DNA of 64,000 bases, taken from Lytechinus pictus (Eukaryota). The stretch's first letter is position 1; every line of letters begins with the position of its first letter. The DNA lies in contig NC_087245.1 of assembly GCF_037042905.1 (NCBI RefSeq), positions 14,572,001 through 14,636,000 on the forward strand, in the 5' to 3' direction. A program made the position numbers and the translations under genes. The notes beneath the pieces were generated by a model, which was given only the letters and a program-made list of their open reading frames with translations, was not told the origin of the DNA and searched no databases. Positions 49,996 to 64,000 of the stretch are shown here, piece after piece.

Positions 49996-52900
49996 ATGTT
50001 GGATGTTGTGAGATTTCATGATAGCTAAAGGATCTTTATATACCCCGCCTTATACTTTCACAAAGAATTAATGCACCGAACATGTGCTTGCATTTGTAAT
50101 TATTCTTTGATAAAACCGTAATTGGTGAACACATTAATCTTCACTCGTTCCTCCGCCTTTTCAATATGAACATTTAACATTGATCCATACTGTTCTTATT
50201 GATTTGTTTCTGTTTATTTCGAGATAGTCATTATACAATTGATCTGTCGTGTCATTACTAAATGGCCCCATTTCATCCAAGTTGACTGGAATCATAATTT
50301 TCCGCTCCAAGTGACGCTAAGAACCACTTGTCACCATCACGGATCATTATGGCGCTTTTTGATAGCGATAATGGCCCAGTTTCCGAGCCGGTCCAAGGTA
50401 ATAAACTCGCTAAACTGAGAATAAAATAGCTCTGAAATTGGGAAATTAGTGGCCCATGAAAAAAGTAGCAGTTGTTACCTTTCTCTTGTCTGGGTGTGAT
50501 TTATTTTACTAAACTGAGCATGACATTGGTGGACAAACACTTCTTGTAAACGAAAGGACACAATCCACAGGGGGTGTATATCTTGAAGTTGAAATACGCC
50601 ATTATGGTTAGGATTACAAAATTTATGATGACCTTAACTATTTATATTACTAATAATTCTGGATGATCCTTCGTGGTTGATTTTTATGTGGGTGTTGGTT
50701 ACATTTCAGAAGTGAGTCAAATTATAATGTTTGCATAACAAATAATAGTTCTAAAGTCATTCATTAAAAATGAAACACTCACCGTTTTAACCCTTGGTAA
50801 TTCTATTTTACGACCATTTATTTTAATCAATATTTTGATTAATATTGACATAGGTATCATCTCCAACTGTATTAGACAGTGATAGATTTGCTGCCATGCT
50901 AATATGAAGTTATAACCATCGTTATTTGAAGTTATTCGTTCTCGGAGAATTTTATTGCATGGGTTGAGAAGTGCGTTTTTGCCTTTGCCATTTTTACACT
51001 CCCGCCATTTTTGCCTCTGCCATTTTTACCCAGAGCTGTCATTTTTACCTCCGCCATTCTGTCTCCACCACCCCCCCCCCCCTCCGCCAGTTCCACTCTG
51101 CCACTTTTTGTGTCTGCTGCATGCCCTTTGTTTTTTTGTGTGAACTCAGCGTAAGTTATCAAATACATATTCCATTCTCTTAAGTTCAAGGGTCAAGCTG
51201 TATCTCGAGAGATCTTAATGAAGAAAACATGATTTTTTTTTCGTTCAAAATATTATCGATGCCAAACAAAAAAACAATCAATCTTAAAGCAACATAGCTA
51301 AATAACTGCCAAAAAAGTCAATATTTCCAAATGTTCATTCTCAACTTTGTCATTTCATGCAGATTTTGATGAAACTGGTTTTTAAGTCTCTCCCTTTATC
51401 ATACTTATCCTTTCTTTTCATTTAAACTGATATTTCATCATTTCCCCCCATTTTCTGAAACGAATGCAATATTGAGAGTAATATAGACGAGTGATATCCG
51501 ATTATTTTATATCGGTATCAGTTGTAATGGGGTATCATGAAAACCCCCTCTATATATTTACGTTCATATTTACGACAACTTGAAGATATGTCCTTTTGCT
51601 GCCCCGCAATGGCGTCATAGGGAATATTGATATTATATATATTCGCTTCCCAATAACGTGGAATTGCGATATAAAGATGCAATCAACTTGTATGTGGTCG
51701 CATTCATTTGTTCGCGGAAACTTTAAAGGAGCCAATATAGCTACTTCGGTTTGGTTTCAGTTCCCCAGTTGAAACCTATAGTGGATGGGTGGCTCTTTCC
51801 GAATTAATGTTTATTCAACGCGATGGAGATTGTTTAAAATGTCAATGAAAAACTGTGAATACGAGATATGGACCAAGGAGGATTTTTGTAAAACTGTATT
51901 ACAATATTTGTGAATAAAAATGAATAGATGACTGGGGTCAGGGACGTCCAAATAACACGCTTAAGAATAAAATTTTCCAACAATATTATTAAGTGGCTTG
52001 ATGGTTTGAAGAGATTTGAAATCTTGCCTTCCGCCATCCCTAAAATGACCAACATGTCCGCAAATATTGCAAGGTGTTTCTTTACAAATAATTTGTGACA
52101 CAATTTTTTGCAATTCCCTTATTGCGCCAAAGGGCATATTGACGTGTGGGAATATTATAATCCCAACCAGACGTCCCTTCGTTCACATTGCTATCTGCTG
52201 CAGATAAGAGTTCTTGACCTCTCATTAAATTTGAACGTCGCTGTACAATGTTTTGGTCATCAACACGCTTGAAAGTAAGCCGATGTGAACGCGCTCTTGA
52301 CGCTTTTTAAATCACGGTCTTGAACTTTGTAAACTCCACACCTGCTCTTTAAGACCTTGCCCGACATCCAATGGTCGGTATTGACCTAGGATGTGGGATA
52401 AAGTTAGGGGACGAAATAGGTTGTTTAAAGGTCAACCACTTTGAGTGCGAACTATCATTCTCTGGAGACTTTGGTTAAAAAAGAAATGTTTTTTGAAATA
52501 CATATGGTGTTGGTTATTTGAAATGTACGAAATGGAAGGTAAGCAATGATTGATTTAATTCACTATTTATATCAAATTTACTTCCGGTGTTGAGTACGTT
52601 AGAGATTGTCCTTTCCATTTGCCATTTATTTTAATTCAACTTTCTCCCGAACCTCCACCCACCTTCCTCCGAATAAAAAGAAATGTATATGTCAAATTGT
52701 TAACAGAAATGTTTGGGGGAGGATAATAGGTTTAAAAAATTTAATTAAGTAAGTTGATGTCTAAATGCAATTTCAAAGATTTTGGGACACGCCCCCACCA
52801 AAAAATAAATAAATAAATGAATAAAAAAATTGAATAAATAAATAAATATATAAATAAACAAACAGATAAATAAATGAATGAATGAATAAATGGATAAGTG

Positions 52901-54109
52901 AATAGAAATTAAATAAATTACAATATAATAAAACGAAATAAAATAGAATAAAGTAAAGTAAACAGGAATAAATAAACAAGAATCCAATAATCTACCATCC
53001 AGCCTAAACTCAGTGAATGTTTTATTTATACAATGACCGTATTAATCATGATAAAGTTTAATCATTCTTTTAATCCCTGGTCCAACTTACCAATATTCGT
53101 TTAATATCACTTCCGCTATGACATATCAGCCAAGGGAATTATTTCCATCGACCAGAGAGGCCATATTTTACTTGAAAAACATAAACTCTTGCACATGTCT
53201 TTCAAAATCATTTAAATTATTTCATGGTGTCTCTAAACAAAAAAAATTTAGTTAGAAAACGATAAACATATCTACTAGATGGAAAAGCTGATTATGTCCT
53301 GTTATTTTTACAATTTTCTAGCTGTAATAGGCTTTTATCTCAATAATATTATAAGCAAATAGTAAACAAAATCAAAAGAATACTAGTATACATCTGACCA
53401 CTTTACTCGGTCAATTTGAATGGATGAATGTTGTAACGTGTTCAATGTATTTTCCATAATCACAATTCGATAAAAGGTGAAACTGCAAATCGATAGTTTC
53501 ATTAACACATCCCGTAAATGACACCAATAATCAAGGAAAATGCCTTCATTTACCAAGGTATTGACTAAGGATTAATAAAATAAATATACCCAGTCGATGA
53601 CTGACGTTATAAAAGGATGTCGAGTTGTACATTCCATTCTAATCAAGATTGATTTTTCCAATATAGTGCAAGTATACTTTTTATAACGAAACAAAAATAA
53701 TGGCGTCTCTATGTCAGTTTAGACCAGGGATTAAGAAAAACTAAAGGGTCTCAAATCGATATTGCCATAAGTTAAGCCAAAAATTGGTTGTTAGGTTGTG
53801 CTGCTATAAAGGAGGGAAATTTGGTCGACTTGTGTTTATTGCAAGCATTTTTAATCTGTTTATTAGCATCTATTCCAAAGCCTTTGATACACCGCCCAAA
53901 ATGGTTTAGTCAAAATCAATGTATAGTGAAATGAATTGGTATGGTAATACTGAAGTACATGTACGTACCATAGGTTTCTGACGGGTTTTTATGGCTTCAC
54001 GACAATTTCCAAAAAAAAAATGTATCTGTTTTTTTTTTACCAGGAAGGGTATTATTACGAGAAGACATGGAAGAGTAAAGCGTGAAAAATGTTGTTTCAA
54101 TATAACAGA

Positions 54110-54674
54110 AAATCAAATAAGTTCATCACTGTAGATTTCATCAAAATCGGATGTAAAATAAGCAATTTCTTGCATATTAAAATTGTATTTTGGGGCACAA
54201 AATTTTGATATGCACTTCTTGTGCGATGTGCAAAAGAAGAAACGGATGGCGTCACTATTTCTTTTGTATTGATTAAATAAATTATCGAATATTTCTTTTC
54301 TTTCTTCCAATAGTGGAAACCTTTGTTGGATTTCTCATGGAAAATGTAAATTTGTCTTCATGATTTGTAATGACTTTATGGACTTCCTCTCTACTGTTAA
54401 AAATCTGTATAAAAAAAAGATAATGAAGCATTTGATGCTTCATATCATAAAATACCAACTACAGTGGGTGTATGACATCTGCGGCTCCCATATTGGCATT
54501 TTACCATTTATGTGCACATAAACTCTATAATGGAAATACTTGAAAACGCCTAAAATTTCTTATTCAATACCCCATTTTTGTGAAGTTTTAAGTGCTATAC
54601 TTGCTTATTTTAGTTATTTGATTTATTTTTCCTTGTTTGAATGAACTTGGTGTTGTGGCGGATTAATCCTTTAG
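54110..54674 (+). mobile_element. TTAAAGG-family element, diverged copy with right end
   Basis: Core TTTCATCAAAATCGGATGTAAAATAAG; ends ...GGATTAATCCTTTAG. Confidence 0.5.
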
Positions 54675-57600
54675 ACAAGAACCCTGCAATTAGAAGTATT
54701 CAACTGAAAAAAATACAATTTATTGATTATACACAGATATGAATAATATAAGAGAGATATAGACCTTTGATGCTTGCCTTGCGTTCTTTTGATGTACCGA
54801 CAGACATTCTTAATGGAGACTTGATAATTTAATATTGGCTTATTTCGTGTTATTTATGGTAATAAAAGTTGTAAGTGAAAATTTCCGATTGTCCAAATAG
54901 GGTTTTTAGGAGTTAATCAGTATATTTGGAGTCATTAGTAATTATAAAGGGTTGGATTTTGAATTGTGACTGAATGCTGATGGATCCATAGGGAGCTTAA
55001 ATCTCGTTTATTCACATCTTATTTCTTATTAAAAGGCCTTCATGAAATAGTCTAAGTACATTTTATTTTCTAAATGTATAAGCTGAGACATTTAATTGAA
55101 TATTCCCATTTTGTCAGTGTAGGGTCATTGGCCCATAGTTGTAAAACCAACCTGTTAAATTACAGGTCGGTTGCACTGGTCTGCTTGTAAGCAAACAAAC
55201 TATTGAGGACACATTTTCTGGCGTCTTTCTAGCTTACGTTCATATAATATGTAATATGTTCGTCATGCTGGATAAGTTTAAAATGTAGTCAACACTGGGA
55301 AAATATTAATTGTGAAATGATAAACTTTATTATCATTCATGGAGTTTGTCGGTTCTTGGTGCACTATTCAAAGGTTCATTTTTGCTCGTATTTACACAAT
55401 AACGTTGGTACATATATATATGTATAATATGGGGATATACAACTAAAGTCTTTTACGGGTTACTCATTTATTTCAATCAAGTATAGTTTAATTACTTTCT
55501 TGTAATCCCATAGTAAATTAATTAGATTTATTTCCCCCTGAATGTATCTTTTATCTTGTCAACATTCAGCCTATATTCACTACGTTGTGTACCTTCAGCA
55601 TTCCACAGTCTGCACTTAAGTGAAATTTCTGCAAACACCAATTAAGAGTTTGCAGAAAGGTAATTACCACAATATATACGTTTACAAAGAAAAATTAATT
55701 CACATACAAAATTAGAATATAGGGGTTTTAAAGTAACTTATGAAAAATTATCCACTGTTGGTTAGGTTAATTCTACGTACCCACTTGGCCACTTCTGTAT
55801 TTTTGTTGCAGATGTTTATAACACGCGTCACTCTTTTGCCATACCTCTATCTACCTTGCAGCTTTCCTCGAAGTAGATTATTGCCGTTACGCATAATTAC
55901 ACTTTGGTTTTATTGTGATGTTTTATTGGATCGATGAAGTCCTTTGTATTAAATTGTAAGATGTGACAAACACCAGTCATTATTGTTTAAATCCCTTCAT
56001 GTAAGTACAGTCTGGAGGAATCTTAAGGCCTCACATATAGTCGGTCACTATTATATAACACGTGTATCACCCCATGTAGGCCATTACATGAATGTTACGT
56101 ATATTACGCTTACAAACGAAACCAGCTTCACGCACCATGTAGGTAAGTAGAGATAACATTATTGTTTTGTTTTGTTTCGTGATACCCCTTGTTTCTTTTA
56201 TTCATTTAACTGACATGAATAAACTCTCACGGCCCATGCCAAGTTACAGGTTACAATATCCAACATAATAGACCTACATATTTGTTTTTATATTGGGGCA
56301 AATTCATGAGAAGTTTTATTTCCATGATAAGATTAACAAGTATAACGGAAGTAAAGTAACGCGAGTATGGCATAATAATTGACATTCCTCACGGTCAAAG
56401 TAGGCCTACGATTGTTTAATCTGGCGCGTTAATGAGTAAATTTCCCGCGCTTTGCGCTATTGAAAAATGGTATGAGCTAAATTTTTAGGCATGAATTGTT
56501 AGCCACAGAAAAAAATGTTAGGAAATAGTCCTCGATATATATTTTGTTATGCTTCTCGATTTGTCCGTGGCAGAGCATTAGAAACAACATTTTTGTCACA
56601 AAATCAAACATTGAAGGGAGAGGACAAACACGCCTTCACATTTACGATATTATTTATCCACTCGCTTTATTAATTTTACTTTACTTTTATTTAAGTTTTA
56701 CCAGAATTGTGATCTCTACAGTTGACCGTCTTCGTCACCCTACTTCGTCACCACGTCTTCAATACCATCCTGCTCACACTTGTTACAATTATAAGACTTA
56801 TACCTACAATGGATATTGCTAAAAATGTATAATTTGGACATATTCTGTCAATGAGGCGCGAAATCTGAGATTCGAAGGAAATTCAGTATTGTTGAGATGA
56901 CACGCTTTAAATCATGGAATCATCTTAGCTTAATCATGTCATAAAAGGTAATTGTTACTCAAAATCTGACAACGTGACTTCAAAAAAAGGTGTTACAAAA
57001 ACACAAGACAGTACGACCGGGGCTGTATAATTATCTTTGTTATCAGCGCTGTCCCTCTTATCTGCCTCCGCAAATGAATCTGTACGGTTTTTTTTTTTCA
57101 TTATGAAACTTCCTTCTAAACTTGTTTCCGAATAGGAAAAAAAGGGATCATAATATTTCAAGGAGCTCTAAAAACAGGCTATTGTCACTGGAAATATGAC
57201 TCTGATATTGACATTATGCACTTCCCGCCATGCATTCTAACAAGACATCATGGATTTCAACCCACTGTTTTCATGAGAATGTGACAACTTGGCACACTAA
57301 GTTGTTGTTAGTACAAACATATCCCAGGTCGTATTTAATTAAGCATACTCGTTCAGAACTTGAACTTTTAAAAAGTAGAAAACTTTAATAACTCCTTTGT
57401 TGCAGACGTGCAAAATTTCTTGAGAGAAATTCTTAGGGACGTTCACTTCAGCGTTGTTATACCTGATGCATAAATAAATATGTGTATGGAATTTATCACG
57501 ATAATAAATTGGATTTTCACTGTGATATTCAGTGATATTTAATATTACAAAGGTCAATAATGACTAAGCATTCATTGCCCAATCATTTTGATAAGGAAGC

Positions 57601-60600
57601 ATTGAAGTCAATGTCAAGTATAAGCAAACTGACATGGCCATATTGGACTCCCTTCGTCAGCAGCAATATTTTTGTTGCTATATTGTGGTACAGGGGTCGA
57701 TTTGGTCGTGAGAAACAAGCGTCTTAATATCTTTGTCAGCCCATTGAGTTAAGCTTTTAATTCTAATAATATTTATGGAAATATTACTCTACAGAGTAGG
57801 ATAGAAAATAATCTAAACTCATTTTCCTTTAAAAATATTCTGAAAATTAATCCACCAATGAGTTTTTGATCAGGGAACAAACTGCCTATTACATGGTCTT
57901 ACTTAATTCATAAAGAAAAACAATATCAAACGATTGTAACAGTATAGAATGATAAAAAAAAGTATTAGACTTTAGGCAGATAGGCCTGTAATTCTTGGCG
58001 AAGGTCAATTTTTCCATGTACAGAACTAGAAAAGGGTCTATGTATGTTACTTAGGTCAGCACTCGTTGTTTTCTTCTCGACTCCTAAGAAGACTTGTCCA
58101 TGAAATAAAATTTTCCCGTCCACCAAACCTTCAAAATTTTCTTTCAATATTTTCTCACCGGGAGTTCGATGACTTCCCATTGGTGAGATTGATTTTAACG
58201 CCTGACTATCCTACCATGAAAAATATCGTTAACTTTTGCAAACATAATCAGCCTATACATCGTTCTGCGGATATAAGGTTTGCTCACCCATGATGTGGCA
58301 TAATAGCTTCAAACATGTGGAAATAAGGCAAGAAAAGTCGACGGTAAAGTTGTTGGAAAAATAAAGGTTTTATTGACAGATATCTTTAATTTTCAGTATA
58401 AAAGTACAAAGGTTTAATCCCTGAGTAGAGTTAAAGTCATGCTCGTCGTTATTCATGATGTTTATTTGATTATTGATTGGATGATCACCTCTGTGTATAA
58501 TACAAATGTTGTGCAAACTTGTTTCACTTCATATAGTTATTCACTCTCCCTCTGAATCTCTCTATAAAAATGAAAATCTGTTCATCTCCCCATATCTCTC
58601 CCCACTCCTTTCTGTCTTTCCATATTTCTCCCGCTTCCGCTAGTCTCTCACCCACCTCTCTCAATCTCGTTCCACATCTTTCTTTCTCTATCTATCTCTC
58701 TTTATCAACTAAACAATCACATTACCTTGTTATACTTCTCTTATTTAGCAATATGACAACCATAGATTATATAGTTACATTATCATTTTGCCTGAATAGG
58801 CCTACTCTACGCAGTGGGCAGCAGCCCGACGGGATTCTATTCATAAAAAATCCTCGAAATCCACAATTATTTAGGGATTAGTTTTATTCTATTGGGTCTC
58901 CAAAATAATGAATCTTGATAATATGAAGAAAAAAAAACTCTAGGGAAACATTCCTTAGAACTAGTTGATCAGTTACATGTCTTCAACATAGCGACAAAAA
59001 AGAGAATATTAATGGCTTATCTCTTTGAATTGTCCAAGATGGCGTGAGGTTTTGATCGGGTCTTCTAAATCATCGATCTGTTCCTTGTGCCAGCAATGAT
59101 TCTACCCCTCGGGTAAAATACGACACTTAAATATACCGATTTGGTGTTGTATGTCCTTATTAAGCACTCGGAGCAAACCAGACGGGTTGACTTCATGCAT
59201 TTCCACATGTAGTTCAAGTTTACCCGTAATCCCAAGAGCCAGGTATTTTGTTGATTTTTTGCAACATGACTCGGCGACGGTATTTCTTTGAAATAACCCG
59301 ACATATTTGTCACTTTCCCAATTTAGCCAGCGGCTCTCACGTGTGTGCTTGCTCCCCTCTGGCTCGCTATCTCTCCTTTTGCATAAACAAATCCCCACGC
59401 ACCACCAATCCCACCCACACAAACTCCCGCCACATCGTACATTCAATCCATGGAACGTGTTTTACATTGATTTTTGTCAAATTCTTTACTTGGGTATTGT
59501 GTGGCAAAATGAATACTTTCGTAAGATTCAACTCGTATTAATATGTTCATATCAGTCGAAGATATTAATTTGATGTTTTCGTTTGGTGATTATACCCTGC
59601 TTAAAAGTAGAGAGCCATAAGGCTACCAAGATTCTGAATGGGTTAAGCATGTGAGCCTATGGACTTATTTGTGTCAGGATTGGGATCAAGGATTAATGTT
59701 GATTAATCCGCGTAGACCGCTTTCCTTTTAAACTCCGAATCATCGTCATCACGAAACGCATCTTGGATGCATTTGAAGATGCCTCAGCCCCCCTTGGAAT
59801 ATAATCTCATGTTGACTTTCATGTAATCCATTCCTAACATTCGATTAAGCTATAGACCTGTGCCGTCGGACCCACTCAGACAGTGACATCTGGTTCCCTG
59901 GGGGGTTGTCTATTTGCTCAACCTAGATCCTTGACTTGGGTATTTTGTAGATGAATTAATGTGCAGTGACAAAGATGTTACCACTCTCACAGATTGGTAC
60001 ATGCATGTAGGTGGCCATGAAGTTGAGAAATTGAAAAACATTTACAACCGATTTTTCAAGGAACATTCTTTAGAGGGCTTTCCGTTTCCTGTATCTGCTT
60101 TCGTCATCAGGTGCAAGCTTACTGATCTTGACTTCGTAGTCTTGTTTATACTTGCTAATTTGGCCCGATTGAAAAGGAATTATATGTATTTCAGTCAGTC
60201 AATCTCACCACTCATCTACCACTTAACTCTTGCAACCCTTACAAAAATATCCACACCACATCGCATACCACCGTCATCCCCTCTCAACGCGCTCACCACT
60301 TTATTTCACTATTTATGTTTGACTTGCTTACTCTCCACACTTCAATGTGCCTTTCTGGCTTAATAGCATCAATTTGCCATTACCAAGATAGGTTAAACAG
60401 ACATCATTGTAGATTTTCCCGTGATATTTCAAAGCTTCATCTATTTATAATGTAGCAATATTTCGTCTATAGCATTCAGCATGTATGTCACAACTCCGGT
60501 AATCATTGGTAATGATAACCGACATGTCCTTCTCTGCCCCGTCTGTCACCCCTTCGTTACAGCACAAACACGTTCTTAGTTACCGTGGAGACGTATCACT

Positions 60601-62536
60601 TCTATTACCATCATTTATTGATTGAATCTCAACCTGATAGTGTATGCATTTGTGAAAAATGGGATGATGATTATTCCTCACAGTTCATTCTCCTTTTATG
60701 AAATTAAAATGAAAATATGAAAATGGAAATGAAACTCGAAATTCAATTCGATGGTGGTTGGCGCCGTTGGTACATGTATGTTCCGAGTTAATATGTTATA
60801 ACCCATATTTCATCTTACTAGTTTCCACGGTAAACGTAACACTATTGCCTCTTGAAACCTGTATTTTGATGTTCGAAGTGTGTACATTCAAATCAGCTTG
60901 TGTTACCTTTTGTAAAAAGTATAAATCAGACAATAATTAAGTAGTAGTGAATATCTCCTTCTGACTAAAGACTTCTCGAACTCAATCTTATATTCAGTTG
61001 CGAATTTCGACAAAATCAAGTATATCCATATCATATTTTACACGCAAATATAATTTATATCACATGCGGAAAACTGTATTCTTTGCACATTTAGTATATG
61101 GCGTTGGATACCCTGGAATTTCGTTATCGCAGTTGTGGCTGGTCTGATGTTGAATCGGCTACTGTCTTGATTATACTGTCCTTTCATTAGGTTAGAAACG
61201 TTTGTTGACTTTTTACTTGTAATTACTTTTCAAGAAGGGGAGGATCCTTTTGTATATGATGTTTACTGATTCCATTGTAAATACGGACGTAGGCCTATGT
61301 GTTTACTGCTTGGGAGATTTATGGTACATTCAATGATAGAGTGACACATTTTTGTTCTTTTTACGTTTTATTTTGACAGATTGCAACAAGTTCGTCGCAG
61401 GTGTTGGGTCACATTCACAAAACTGAAAAGAACGGAAATGTTTGAGACTCGTTGAGACAGAATGAAAATTTCTAGGTGAGAATAATAAAATAATATTTTC
61501 TTAATACTACGACTAATCATTGGGGGTTTCTTTGTTTTCAAATGGTTGATGGGTACATGTCCTTCATGAAGAAATAGGACATTGTTGAATTTCCATAGTT
61601 GATTCTCATTTGATCAATCCCAAAACTTTATAAATCGGGCCCAGACTTATCATATTGGCTCTTAGAACATGTAGATTAGTCCTCCACTCCTACTTGCGAT
61701 TCATCTCTATCACCACCTGCGTTATTCTGTAACTGTTATAGGCCTTCCAATTTTCTTCACTGCATACCTCCATAATTGAGGCAAATGTGGCAATTTTCTT
61801 GATCGGAATGAATTTCTAAAGATTTATTCATACCCTACACTTTCGTGATTGCAAATGCCTATAGAATGCTACTTTTGAGATGGTACCATTATCTGATAAT
61901 CCTATAATTTTCTCATTTTATCAACCCATGTCCCTTCATGTTGTTGATTGCTGCAATCGTATTGGTAATCCCTAACGCCTTTTCGAATGACGTCATAATA
62001 AAGATATAACACACTCTGCTCTCTTAAATTTAGGCAATCCAATATTTTCACTTAGGTTTTTACATTTTTTTAAATTTACAACCATGGGGATTTTTTAGGT
62101 TTTTTTTTTTTTTAGGGGGGGGGGGGTAAGTGTTGGATATAGATTACCACCCCTAACACCTTGACTTGGCGCTTACATAAAGCTGATTTATACTGACTTT
62201 AGTAGGGAATCCATTGCTTTTAGCTCTATAAATCGAGTACCTAACCTTCTCTTGTCATGTCTGTGAATTCAAGTGTCAGAAATGCTAATTATTAAAAGAA
62301 TTCCAACATAGATGTAAACCATTACGGGTTTAAAATGCCGATCTTCATGGCATACTTATGACGACGACGGAAATAATGACGAAGCACGAGTGAAATCCAT
62401 TCGTTTGATCTCGTGATTCGTCACCACCAGTGACCGAAGACGAGAGAGTAATTGGGAGTGATCATGTTATAAACGCTTTCATAAAATGCACTTTTACAAC
62501 TATTCAGTTTGTATAATTAACTGATATATTTGTGTT

Positions 62537-62783
62537 CAGGGGCGGATCCAGGATTTTTCGAAAGGGCCTCATTTTCCCGAGGAAAATTTGACAAGCAAAA
62601 AAAAAAAGGTTTTTAACCAAAAATTAAGGGGATTTCGGCAAGCAAAAAAAAAAGGTCTTCTTTTTCGAAGGGGGGAGGGGGGCACACTTCTGTTTTAACG
62701 GTATTTTTACATTACAAATTTAATTGTGCCTTTCAGGGGGACGGGCCGGCTGTGTTCCCCCCCCCCCCCTTGATCCGCCAGTG
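62537..62783. mobile_element. hAT-like MITE, same family as 11495-11697
   Basis: CAGGGGCGGATC...GATCCGCCAGTG; 8-bp TSD TTTGTGTT/TTTTTGTT. Shared internal CATTTTCCCGAGGAAAATTT and TTTTAACGGTATTTTTACATTACAA. Confidence 0.85.
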
Positions 62784-63547
62784 TTTTTGTTGAATTTACT
62801 TTCAATTTTCACCTACTTCCCATCTTGGTTTTTCTTTTCTTTCGCCGTTTTTCCTTGCCTTCTTTATATTTGCTCTTGCTTGAGTTTTATCAGTCTTCTG
62901 TTTCTTCTTCATCTACCGTCTGTGTGATTTTAACCCCCCCCCCTAAAAAACGAGGAAAATGATGGTTATGAGTTTATTTTTTTTCACTTGCTCATTCGCA
63001 TCATTATTACAGAAAATATTTGAACAAAGTTGAAATACGACTAGCGACATATTTGCTCATTGTTGATTACTGTTTTGCGGGCTGTTTTGTCGAAGAAATT
63101 TGCGGATTTTACCACTCGACATGCTCGATAACCAAATTAACGTCGTGGAATGACTCCAGGCTCATTTTCTTATTCAATTTATTACTGATTTTTCGTTTTT
63201 TCTCAACCTAGCCTACATATGTTAAAAAACTACAGAAATAAATCAGAACAGTATGAAACCAACCGTTGAACTGGTCATGAACCGTTAATTCATTTTGCAG
63301 TTGACGACAATTTAGATTTTCACCGGGGTCTCGATACACCGTTCTACCGTAATTACAATATCATCCAATTCTTTAGTGTCATGTCCAGGCCATCGGGTGC
63401 TAATTGAAACGAATTCTGAATGTCAACTGCAGTTTGTAAATGAGTACTCTAGCCCTATTTGGAAATCAAACATAATTAGTGTGCTGTATTCGTTGCTGTG
63501 TTTCGAATTAGTTGATGGGGGTGATATATATCTCGTGGGCAGAACTG

Positions 63548-63632
63548 TGATGATGATGATGATGATGATGACGATGATGACGATGATTACGATGATGATG
63601 ATGATGATGATGATAATAGATAGATAGATAGA
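63548..63632 (+). repeat. (GAT)n/(GATA)n microsatellite
   Basis: Direct observation. Confidence 0.9.
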
Positions 63633-64000
63633 AGGAATAGAAGAAAAGATAATTAAATAATTATTGTTGATGGGAATGGTGGCTTAGGATGGATGACGGG
63701 ATAGAGACAATGGTGTTGCTGACGTATACAGATTGGTTCTAAAAAAATCATATACATGTATCTCTGATCGTTTTGCTAAAGTATTGAAGATATAAGTCTA
63801 CCTGCATAGACCTAAGTATAACTCAACGATTTTCTAGTTGAAAACATTCTTCTTCCTCATCGTAACCATCATTAATGAGATCTAAAGATGGTCAACTCAC
63901 CATTACATCAACAAAATCAACAACAACAATTCGATTCTATGCACTGGTATGTGTCAATCATCATTGTACATACCATCACAGCTACAGTGATATGATATGA

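Noticed and set aside
50975..51110. GCCATTTT short repeats as a distinct element
   Set aside because: Only a few degenerate units, with no termini or TSD identifiable.
52800..52985. AT-rich tract and overlapping ORFs
   Set aside because: Low-complexity (AAAT/GAAT)n sequence, like ~16930-17040 and ~32715-32780.
59959..60363. 134-aa ORF (also 25162-25560 and 59102-59446)
   Set aside because: No recognisable motifs or supporting exon structure; such lengths can occur by chance in 64 kb.
63376..63627. Poly-Met ORF (also 15421-15639, and poly-Asn 21804-22013)
   Set aside because: Microsatellite translations.

Overview
AT-rich, repeat-dense eukaryotic (invertebrate) genomic DNA. The repeat families look echinoderm/sea-urchin-like, but that is an inference. 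One protein-coding gene is supported: the last four exons of a + strand SLC16/MCT-type MFS transporter (6765-10087), whose first exon(s) lie upstream of the window. Its upstream intron (1-6764) holds nested elements: a decayed non-LTR retrotransposon that starts abruptly at the end of a large palindromic element built on 16-bp tandem arrays, and that element itself carries a MITE with a 5-bp TSD. The remaining ~54 kb has no convincing coding exon. It contains two non-autonomous TAG...CTA elements with 3-bp TSDs (Academ-like; 20729-24567, almost entirely a hairpin, and 25768-28603, with ~190-bp periodic motifs), a TGT...ACA Ginger-like element (37067-39808), several hAT-, Harbinger- and CACTA-like MITEs, a tRNA-derived SINE, LINE 3' tails and candidate cis-regulatory clusters. 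The most unusual feature is four kb-scale foldback structures within 40 kb. No CRISPR array or prokaryotic system is supported. All alignments and counts were made by eye.
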